This document shows, in pieces, positions 23,166 to 35,100 of a DNA stretch of 50,054 bases. Position numbers and translations under genes: made by a program. A model generated the notes under the pieces. That model was not told where the DNA came from. It saw only the letters and a list, made by a program, of their open reading frames with translations, and ran no database searches. Every line of letters begins with the position of its first letter. The first letter of the stretch is position 1. The stretch is from NCBI GenBank assembly GCA_002633005.1, contig NMRA01000672.1, positions 162,623 to 212,676 of the forward strand. The letters run 5' to 3'. The stretch comes from Phoronis australis (Eukaryota; Animalia; Phoronida).

Positions 23166-26022
23166 TGACTCGTTTAACTGTTGTGATCCAGTCCTCACAC
23201 CTTCATCAATTTTGATGTAAAAAATACTTAACCTTTGACCATTAAATGTTACAAAATTGATCTCTGTTAATACCAACTGTACTGAGATTGTTCGCAACGT
23301 CTCGACTCGGTATTACATGAAAAATTGTTCTTGCTGAAATTATACAGCAAAAGCAATACGTGTTGTTGAAATGGAAAGGTTCTTATCTTCTGTATGTAGT
23401 GCAAATCTGGGCAATCTTTCCTTCTCAACACTATCTGGTGGTCAGATTTTGAGAACAGCTAAATGTTTAGTGGTGTCTAAAACAATGATTGGGCCAAAGC
23501 AAAATCTGTTGGGAAGTGTTTACGCATTTCTTCATCCAAAATTTACCACTTTTTACCTCCCTCTGTCTTCACCCGGCATCACATTGTAACTGTCCAGTCT
23601 CGCCTCTAATTACATCATCACAGACGACCCTCCTATTTAGGCAGTGATGGAAGGGGTCTGTTGTTTTTCTGTTCACATGTTCATAAGGAAAGCCTAGTGA
23701 ACTATGATCAAATCTTGGAAGCGTGAAACAACAAGTCGCGTTTTTGGAATTTAGTAAATTCTCCTAGAATGTGAACCAGTTTCCCAACGATATGTACTGT
23801 GATGGAGATATTCGGATAAAGCATATGATGACATCACCATGAGTTTCACCGCCTGCCTCCCCCTGCCATAAATATTTCCAAACCCTTCCTCCTCGAGTGG
23901 TAACGTAATATGTGAACGCTCCCTTGCCTGGGAAAGTAGAAAAACCTGCAGACGGACATAAGAGAAACTAGAGGGACACAAACATGCATAATGGATTTGA
24001 GTAAATGAACTCAACATAATATATATTCATACATAAATAATGTTACAAAAATAGACCAGAATAACAATACAAACTAACAAAAACAGAGGACCACAAGTCA
24101 TAAGCATGCTCTACGTAAAACATGCCTAGTCACTGACCAGAAATGCCCAATTTCAGCAGCACCACAATAGATATTGCTGAACAGCTAGTTTCCGGTGACG
24201 AGACATTTTTCCTTTAAATCGGCAATAAACCAGCCATCTGTCACAAAAACGTGTAACCGAGCCCCCTTATGAAACTGGTTTTGAGTTGCTCCTTTGTCAA
24301 AATGGATGTGATTTAAGAGTGGAAGGAACAAACAGTTCATTATTGCTTGAGACTGGGCTGAACAAGTAGACTTGTCACGGTGTGTCATTTTATTTGCGGC
24401 GTACGATCTCTACAAGTAGCGAGCTGTCAGCTCTTTACGAAGCCAAAAATCACTTCTCATCTGTGTAAGGGAAAATTTGAGACCAATTTAACAGGAGGAA
24501 GTGATCTAAATCAAGTTAGTTTCTTCTATGGAATGCGCGTTTATTGCCACTTAAAGAACATTGGCGCATTGTACTCCTTATCAAACACAGATGACACAAC
24601 AATTTGAAGGAAGCTGACAACCATCTTGTTCTGTTATCACCATCAGAGTATGATAGTTGTTAGCTCACAGAATCTTACAAGTAAGTCTCCTCAGAGCACA
24701 ACCGTATCATTATACAAAACAGGGTTTAGAGCGTTTAAACAACATATTACAGACAGTCTCCTCCTGACAAAAACTTCATAAACAGGCAAATCAACCAAGC
24801 TCCTTACAAGGTGATAAAATGTTAATGCAATGAATTGTGGGAAGTCATATTGCGTGGGTGCAGACGATAATGAAATATGTCAATTGCATGTAATAATCGC
24901 AACATATACAGTGTGCAAACATCTAACAACTAAGCTACAAGGTGGGATAAGAAGTTACATAATGAAAGCTATATAATCTGTAACTTCTTGATGAAAAACC
25001 TTCCACAAAACATACGCCATGTTTGTCCATAAAAAGGCCAATTGTGCGCATTAAGGAACAAGTCGATAACATATTTAATAATAAATAAAGTTGGATTTTT
25101 TAAGCTAATTTACCTCGAATTTTAACTCCGGAGTGTAATGAATTTGAACTGATAAGGCGATATGTCATCTTGTGAACGGATTGTTCTGCATACCATCACA
25201 TGATATCAAATTTATTAATAAATATTATTTTATACATTCGAAATCCTGAGGCTTAAACTATTTATGCATACCAGGATTTGGAACCTTCAAAGAATAGATG
25301 TTCACCCAATCTAACAACTCTCTAGAGAAGTAAAGCTTTCGGTGTACACTATTTGTGCATTCTCACGTAGTACCTCAGCCAGACATTGCTTCCACAAAAT
25401 GATCATTCCATACAAATGCCAAAATGAGAAAGATTTAACATTCTCAGAAAAAAAGGTATATATTCTCTTACATTGAAATACAAAATGCTAAATTACTATC
25501 ATACAAACAGTAAGTCGAATATTACATGCCTGTATGTTGAGAACCAGTTTTCTCCACTAAGTAACAGGCATCAAACTGGTTCTCAAAATGTGGTCATGTT
25601 ATATCAGACTATTACCCAATATCATAGTTGATCCAAAATAATACAAACATAAAATTCGAAGTTGACAAACGGCTTTTAAACCCAGGTCTTCTGAACACAT
25701 CAGCAAATAAACGCAGCGCTTTAAAACCAGATTCTACACATTCTGGCTTCCAAGCCAGTATCCATGAATAGGAACAGTTCAGAGCACAAAAAACACTCCG
25801 GCGTCTGTCTTATCAACTGGCACACACTTCATAAACTGGCGCACGAAATTTGTAGCTGAGCAGCTATTACGGAACTGAGGTCAAAATAATTACCATGATT
25901 TTGTTTCGTATCAAAATGCCGTGGGAGTCACAACAACGTGTGTAGGAAAGCGTCTCAGTTACAGCTGAGTATATTGACCTTTGACCTGCAGCATCAGTAA
26001 CCACCACCACCACGGACGTTAC

Positions 26023-26147
26023 TCATTCCAAACGTTCGTAGTCTTGGCTACGAGCCAGTCGCATGTCTCGACGTATAGAAACCAAGGAGACAAGGAATAG
26101 GGCAGATCCAAGAACAAAGAGACCGGGATACAGCACCAGCAGTGCGT
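26023..26147 (-). CDS. MFS coding exon 10 (terminal)
   Basis: ttcag|YALLVLYPGLFVLGSALFLVSLVSIRRDMRLARSQDYERLE-TGA. Confidence 0.92.
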
Positions 26148-29100
26148 CTGAAACAAGACACAATGAAGCACAAATAACACTCATTAAAACCCCTCACATT
26201 TAGGACAGTGTGTATATTTCTCCAAATATCTACAAAAATTTCATATTTCAACTCAGCAAAAGTATATATTTTCTTGAAATAAAGGCTGTAGGACTTGATT
26301 TTTCCCTTTTGGCAAAATTGGGTCACATCACTGACATCACGTATGTAAAATTTAGCAAAAAGAAAGGTTTACTTACTGCAGAACAACACTATCAATAAAA
26401 TGGGCAAGTTTTATTTGATATAAATGTTAAGATGAGATGTCAAAAATACCATTACAGTTTTCTTAAAGATCATTGCGTTTTCGTTTTACAAAATTTTTGA
26501 TTTTTCGTTAAAATCATAAATTAAACTCCTAGTTTTTGATAGCCCCCTCATGCAAAAGAGTTGCATTTGAAAAACGATTCCTAAAGCGTTTTGGAGAACT
26601 ATACATAAAGCCGAGTACCCCAAAGTTTCATACGAGTCCAGTCGGCCCTTTCTGAGATATGATTGTCCGAAGTCAGCCAAATTTGAACATTCTACGGTAC
26701 TACATAACTTTAAGTCCTCCACTGCACTAAGTGACTCATTAGAGTAAAGTCCAAATTACTGTTTCTTTTCCTTCCAAGAGACAGTTGTCGAACACTTTCT
26801 ACACAGGGCTTGGAAAGACCCATGACAAAAAGAGGAAAATTTCTCAGTGATAAATCATTCCACAAATAAATAGACTTGTGTGATAGAAATGTACTTTTTG
26901 TTGCAAAATTTAACTGAAATAAACATTTTTGCACGCATTAACTCACAATAATGATAAAGAAAAAAGAGACGGAAAAAGAAGCTGGAAATTGAACAAGAGG
27001 AGACTGAAACCTAAAAAGAGGAAATCCTCTTAGAAGAGGAAAATTCTAAACACTGCTGCAGCAATTTTCCAAATTTAGGCCCTTATAGATTTGATTTGCA
27101 GTGAATGAAATAAAGAAATTTTATTACATTTATTTACAGTTGCTGTTACAGTTTAAACCCGAATCCACCCCTTACAGCTAGCTCTGTGAGAACAGTGTCA
27201 CTTACATCTCAGACTGGTGACTTTATTGTAGCCCATAGTTGCAAACCATGACTGTAGAGGGGGCACCAGTAGTGGTATGTTGCCACCAATGTTGGTGATG
27301 ACAAACAAATAGAACCCTATGGCCCCAGCGCGGATTGTGGAGGGAACCAACTCGACGATAGTAGTCAACGCCACACCGATCCACATCTCTCCTGGAAGCA
27401 GAAATCACATAAATCGATGGCACAATTCAAAATAAAAATTAAAAAATCATATAATTGAACTAACCTTTCAGTGACTTCACATGCACCCACTCTTTATGAC
27501 TGTCAATGTATTTTTCCAGACTTGTACATTTGTCCATTTATACTCTCAAACCTAGGCCCAAATACCGTTTCGAAAAAAGAAATGTGCCCCAACATACCTA
27601 ACACAGGACAACAGAGCTTTAATCATAATTAACTACTGAGCATTTGAAAATACTAGATGCCTAAACTCACCAATGATGTTTGCTGGGATGAGACTGATGT
27701 AACATAACGGTGCGCTGAAGAAGAGGGCGCCGGCGGCAAAAGGGGCTGCGACAACCTGTAGACAGAAAAGTTAGGAAATAAGCATGACTGTTAGAACACA
27801 ACGAGGTACAGGAGTTTGAACACAATGAGGTACAGCAGTGTGAACGACAACATGATGGACATGGGCCACGTGAAAATTCACTGTCATTCGATCATCGTAC
27901 GAAGGAGCAAATTTCCTAAATGCCAACACAACAGCCCTTTGAATTTAATGGTCCACATGGACTGGCTTCCTGTCTGTGATCCCTGATTGTGCCATAAACT
28001 CTGTGCCTCCATCTAGGCTGACAGTATGAAGACTCGGGTGTAAGGAGAGTTGTACTCTAAAGTATGACTTTGCATTTTCTTCTTAGGTCACGTAGAAAAT
28101 AAATCTGAAACTAAATAAGGCGATCCAGATCCTCCCAAGGATACTATTGTTTCACGAAATGTAGAATATAAATAGGTAAATAAAACAACAAGAATGGATC
28201 AACTGAAATTTTCGGATGTAATAACGTCCTTTGTCAACAGAAACAGAAACAGAAATAAAGTAAAATCAAACACTATATGATTTTACTTTATTTCTGTTTC
28301 GGTTGACAAAGGACGTTATTACATCCGAAAATTTCAGTTGATCCATTCTTGTTGTTTTATTTCCCTATTTTTATTCTTCTTAGGTCAGGATGTAATAACC
28401 ATGACCCTGTCAGTTTTACGACCCCTGCTTGATTGGTGCTGCAACATTAGCTAGTGTTTCATTGCGCAAGGGTAACTGAAACTGCCACTTGAGGGCACCA
28501 CAGATTTAATGGGGTTTTGGCACAAAATTCTGCTAATATCCCAACCTTCAAGGGAGAAGTCAGGGCAAAGCAGATGCGAGGCAAGGGCAAAAAAAGAATG
28601 GAATGGAAAAAAGAGAGACATATGAAGAGCTGCAAAATAATTGGCTAAAGCTATGCGTTTTGACTTGTCCAAGTATTTATGCCTTTGTTTATTGTTTAAA
28701 AGGGGAACACAGTCGCCGCTACAAAAGAAGGTGGAGTTATAAACCAGACTTAGTACTTTACAGGGCAGGAGTTATGGTTCATATCATTTGAAAATCAGAA
28801 TTATTTGTGAACACTTCAGTTGAGCCTTTGGAACGAAATGGAATCAATAATTTGAAAACAGTAGAATAACATTAAGGACGTTTGTTGTGTAAATCAATAT
28901 GAAGAAATATACGAATCTATCATAAATGATACTTTAACAATCCATGTCAATGTCCAGATTGTGATAACAAATATAGAACACAGCAACTCTTAAAGATACT
29001 AGAGAATGCCTGACCTGGCTCACAACGAGCACCATAACACGGGCCCATGGACCACGCCTCTTCACAAGCCGGTCTGAAACGAAACCACCGACAAAAGCAC

Positions 29101-32100
29101 CTATGCATCCGGCCACCAGGGGGATCCATGACATCCAGGACCCTATCTGCTGTGGGGTCTGGCCAGTACTTTCAAAGTACGGCTGCGTATTGTAGGCCCA
29201 CACGTAACCACCTGAAATAATGAGAAAATGCTGCACTGGTCATGGAGTTCAAAAGAATTTAGTGATTTAGTAAAAACTCAATAGATGGAGCAACTTGTCT
29301 GCTCTACACAGGCTGAAACAGAGATGAGCTGGCACTTTGTAAGAGAAGATGCTGTTAGTTTAGATTACCAGAATGTGAATGGTCCTCAAGAACATAGATC
29401 AAAATAAAACAAGATTGACACATTATTACATTAAAAATTCTCCAATTTGGGACAGTTTCTAGAATTTGGGACACGGAAAAAAAAACACAAAAAGTCCTAT
29501 TTTGGACACAGCCTCTTGCACAAGAGGAAAATTTTAGCAACAAACCCAAGAAGAGTTTTGGACAATATACAGCGCAATATCCGAAATTTTCATAAAATCC
29601 GAACAACCAATTCTGAGATACGTTCCTCCAAAGTTATTCAAATTAGGACACTTTTCCACTGCCCTACAAAACCTTAATTAAGACAAGATGACAACTAAAT
29701 GTATACCTGCATTACGCAGTGAGCCCGCCAGTATGAAGATGACTAAAGATGGTCTCACGAATGGCCGAACTGTTCTACCAAGTCTTTGGCACAATGACAG
29801 TTCCTGCTCCAAGTAGGGGCGTGGAGAGGTGTCCCTATCTGGTTCTTTGATTGTGAAGAAGACCAGAAATGGGAGGAGGAGACCAGGAATGGCCGAGATG
29901 TAAAACGCCCAGCGCCAGCCCTGAAACAACAACAGACATGCGACTTTTCACCAGAATTTCCTGCAGTGCAAAATTTCACCACCAGGGGAGCTGGTATGGC
30001 AATAACATGGCGACATATTCATTTAAATTGAACCATTTTTATACTGCTTTCTTGTTGCATAAGCTTGCACATCTTCAGTCTACAGCCAATAAGCCACTTC
30101 CAATCAAATTGAAGCCATTATGGGTGCACATCCTTCGACAAGAGTAGGATAGTTCTCTCCTCATTCTTTCATTACTCTCAGTGTAAACGCCGATATTGTA
30201 TTACACTTGCTACAACACAACACAATTCCATGGCTGCATGTTTAGGGTACAGTAGCAAAAATTCCGAGCCCTGGCCATGGAATCGTTACCACCCTGTAAT
30301 TGGACACTATACTCCAGTGAGCATTAAACTCCAATAGAAAACAGGCTGTATGCTGCCCCCTACCTGTCCATTTATATCGGCGACTGTTATAAAGTTTCCC
30401 AGAGCGTATGCGAGACTGTAGCCTGTGTAGATGCCAAAGTTGTAGATGCCCATGGCAGAAGCTCGTAACTCCGGCACAAAATAGTCACCAATTAACGACA
30501 CCGCAAATGGTGTGCAGCCAGCCTCTCTACAATGAATGACAACTGTGAAGTAACAACAGTGCAAATACTACTACAACAATTTACCTATTGCCAGGATTTT
30601 TAGTGATGGCTTAACTGACCAATCAGAACGCAACATTCTTAACACACCTTCGCTTCATTTTACTCGATAAACAACACGTTGAGATTGACATATTACACAA
30701 ACAACACGTCGGGTAAAACTTATTGTTTGTTTGTCAACTATTCGCAAAGGGGCCGAGCTTGCCATAGGTCAATTCTCCACTGGGCTAAAGGTGCTTTCTG
30801 TTTCACAATGGCAGGAAGATCAGTCATGTGATCAAGAGCCTGAGGGGCAGGCTTGAAACATCATGAACAACTAACCAAATGTCTCCTAGTAAGCAATTTT
30901 CTTGTTTTCTACCAATTTTCCACCTATTTCGCACAGAAAGCAATTGCCAAAATTGTCATTTTTCAAATTTTCAATGCCATTTGATTACCTACCTACCAAT
31001 AATAGAAACTTGGGGGGTTGGGGGAGGGGGGCATGGGGCGGCTGGGGAGCGTAAAATGACGAGCTGGGCCAAGCTAAGTTGTAAAGCCAAAACTAAAGCA
31101 TTAACCTTGAACTTTGAATTGTCGCCTGTACCCAGAAATCAATTCTAATTCAAGTTGAGTAAGAAAAAAGTTGAAACAGTTTCGTAACGGCATGCCAAGA
31201 TGGATTCAGATGCAGTACATTAATACATCATGGAGCAGAAGACAAGGGCAACAGGCCACTACTAATTACTCTTGTAGACATAACATATTGAAAGGTCTGC
31301 AAGAAATAACAATTGCGTGCTTAATACGTGACTTACCCAATGGCAAGGCCAAATCTGAACAGTGCCAGCTGCCAATATTTACTAACAAATCCTGACCCAA
31401 GCGTCATGGCCGACCAGAAGAAAAGACAGAATGCCAGCAGGTTTTTTCTGAAACGAAGTTAAATGAGGTTTGGGCGTGATAAATTCGTCATTTTCACACA
31501 GCAGACTGTCACCAAACACATTTTAAAACAGTTCACCAAAATGAATGGGAACACCTTGTAGCAGTTACAATCAAAACTACAGTGAAACGGACAAAATTAA
31601 TAACCCGTACTGACTGGCACAAATATTACACCACTGGGAGATTTTATGGTGAGAAACACAAGAAATGAGCAGAAGCAGGGAGAGATAACTTCAGGCGGTA
31701 CAAGCTGCTAACTCCAAACGATCTTAAGGCCCTTTCAAACTAACGTTGATGAATCGATTCTTTGGAGAGTTGCGTCAGTGTTAACAGTGCTGGATCGAAG
31801 TTAACAGTGCCAGTTAATCCAGGTGGATTTATTGGCAGAGCATCCATGCTTCAGCACAGTGTGAATGGTCAACTTCGGTCTCATCAAAGTAATAAGCAGG
31901 GACCACTGCTAACACGATTATTTCGACGATGACTACGTCACCTACAGTTTACCTTGATGTCTGTCAACTACCGAAGCTGATATGAACAGTTCAACTAACT
32001 TCAGTTTACAATCACACTCTTCTCAAGTAAGAGTTCAGTTAGTGCAAAAGGGTCTTCACAGATAATTATGTCTCCACCATTCAATAGGTTGATTTGGCTT

Positions 32101-35100
32101 TTGCATGTAGTAGCCAAATTAAAATTCTTATCTTTACGATTTGAATACTCCTAAAGAATTTAAGCGATATTATAACAGGACGACACTTCACCAAACATCA
32201 ATTCATGAAGCATAAGTCATGAAAAAAAAATGTAATACATTTGTTAAATAAAAAGATCCGTCAGTTCTTATGATAGAAGGATGTAGTAAAAAGCACAAAC
32301 CTGTTGTATCGATCAGCAGCAAATCCTAAAGGTATACCACACAATGTGTAGGCAACGATGAAGACAGGTCCTGCTATGATCTGATAGTCTATACCTTGGC
32401 CGTTGTAGTCCCACTTACAAACATGACTGCCATTTTCATTGGTTGATGCCAAGCAGCTGCAATGGATGACAAAAATAAACAAACACACCATCTATGTAGT
32501 TTAGCTGCTATATTCATTTTATCATCTTTTATGTAGTTTAGCTAGTACTTTGTGTGACTATGTAGTTTAGGTTTTTATTGTAGTTTATTATTTTGTGCAT
32601 CTATATTTTAGCTAGTGCATTATTTTCTGCATCTATGCAGTTTAGCTAGTACATTATTTGGTGCGTCTATGAAATTTAGCTAGAAGGTTATTTTTAAATT
32701 AATAACGTATCTGCAGGTAGCATTGTATGAAGACCATACAGAGTTTTATTGCACAACATTGTGTGTTGGCAGTAAAGATTTTCATATATTTTAAAGTTCA
32801 TTCAGATGAGCCTAAGCCTACATTGATGATGACTCAATTGAAACTTTAGGCAATTATTACTAAAATCAAGGCACCTACTAGTCGGTGGGCCAGATCTCAT
32901 AGCGTTCATCCTTGTGAGTACTTTTGGGGGGCAACCTAGTTTTTTCTATGTGGCTAGATAATATACCTATAAATCAAATTCCAAAAAGTTCCCACGTCTA
33001 CACTTGCACATTTTTTTTAAAAAGGTGTTTTTGTTGCACAAAATATGATGCACATTCCTGCCACTTGGTGGCGCTTTTCTATTGAATTGACCAATCAGAG
33101 AGCCAGATTGTATTGTTGTGCTTAGTTACTTCAATATGGCTGCTCCCATGGAGTGTGATGCCTGTATAATTCAAGGTTTATCAAACAGCACAAAATTGTG
33201 ATGTCAGAGCCTAAAGAAGCTTAGGAAAGCTTCCTGACGAAAGCTGATTGACTGTGGAACTCTGTAGATCAGTAGATCAAAAAGAAGAAGAGGTGTCACA
33301 AACGTTTGTGCAGAAAACAGCTGCATGTCCTGGTAGCCTACACAGTATACTGCTGAGTGCTGTAGACTAGAAGACCAAGTGTCAGACCAAAAAATTGAAA
33401 GGACATAGAACGGCATAGCAACGTTTCAAGGCACGAGCAGTAGTACTAAAGCTGAAGTTGCTGAAAGTGATACAGATGTTATCCAAGATTTCCCAAGAAA
33501 ATCAATTATACTTCCAAAATCTGAAACACCCAATTAACCTGAACAAGATAGGAACATTCTGAAACATGAGTGCATCATTTGTTAGCAGGAAAAGTACATT
33601 ATGGGCCACATTTCAAGAAAGAGAAAGAAGTATAGCTTTCAAAAACAGGTACGTGTTTTTGAAAAATACATCTTGGTGTTTTCCATGTGTGTTTCAGTAT
33701 TATCACCAGTTGTTTTTTAACTTGTTCAGCCCCTTGGCTGCCTAGGCCTTAGACAATACTGCTGACCCAGTAGAGACGATGATCATACCATAGGTACTCC
33801 ATATGCCGGATACTTTTCGGCAAATTATGTTCCTATAAGTTTAGAAGTACCGCGTAGAGAGATGCCTCTGAGGAGGTCGTTAATGTTTTCATTTGTTCCC
33901 AGTTTAAACAAATACTCCTGCAATCCTGTTTTTCGAACACTCCATTCAGTTGCCACATCGACACTGCTTGCGCTAAGGGATAATCCTATGGCGTTATACT
34001 GTGGGTGTGATTTTAAAGCACTTTAAGTCAAAAATTTTTGAGAAGGTTAAATGGAGTAGATAGTTGCAAACAACATGCCCAAGTGGCCGTCATCCCCTGC
34101 CGTAGTCTCAATTTTTTGTAAACATTAATTACTTAGGTAGCAGCTGCAATGATAATTAAATTAAAGTGCCTAAGTGGCCATCGTCGCCGTCGAAATTTGA
34201 GGACGATGGAAGCCACTGTCCATTTCGTCAAACGTCGATTACCTTAAGTGTAAATCGATTGACTATGGTTTGAGCATCTGATTTAAAAAAATTAAATTTC
34301 AATCACTGCACAGGTATATCAGCTGATTTATTTTCAGCTGCATCTACTGATCTAATTATTAGACGATCAACATTATTAGGCTACAGGTCAAACGGCATGT
34401 AAATTTGTTAGGCTGGTGGTGGATCAGCTCCTGATACGTCCGTCTGAAAAAGTTGCATGCCAACTCACTCATAGTTGAATGTTAAATTAGTGTTAACAGT
34501 TCGGGTTTTTTTCAGTTGGACTTGTATCGCAAGCAACAGCTCAGTCCAGAGCCCTGAATATGCAAATGAAATTCAAAGATAAAGACCTTGTGTCTTAGAA
34601 GCCAAGTACCACAGATCATCATGCTGTAAAAAAGAGAAAGACAAAGATTGTGGAGAGTGACGAATCCCCAGTTTTCAGAGATGTTTTTCTACAGTTTTGT
34701 TTGGAGTTCATTGAATCAAAGCTTCTAGCACATGGAGATGTCATTTGCCTTTCAAAAATAAAGCAAGACTTTGAAGCTGTTCTTCAGAAAGCTGGTGTGC
34801 ATGAAGTTATTTGGACAGGCAATCTTAAGAAATATTGTTGAAGCTACTCACTGTTGTAGTTTGTGCCTGACTAAGAGATACGAAAGTGAATTGAGGCTAG
34901 TGTTCAATAATTCACTTGCTGACTCTAATTAACACAGCCCATTGTAACATATTTTGAATCAAACGTTTGCCCAAATAGTGCCCGCCTCCAAACAAGGACT
35001 TAGTGTTTGACCCTTCATTGCCTGCGGGCTAATCACCAGTGTGCAGTGCTGTACCCTCTCTAATCGACCATAGTTGGCTCCTTGGCGGTGGAGCTTTGCA

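Noticed and set aside
23037-23297. ORF with ENCHGLD peptide repeats
   Set aside because: A by-product of the 21-bp tandem repeat, with no splice or homology support.
25867-26025. Stop-codon readthrough or selenocysteine at the MFS TGA (frame stays open for 51 more codons)
   Set aside because: The context is TGA-G rather than the leaky TGA-C, I recognised no SECIS, this length is plausible by chance, and extension would displace the terminal YERL motif.
29697-29706. U12-type donor (GTATAC...)
   Set aside because: It does not match GTATCCTT; an ordinary U2 intron.
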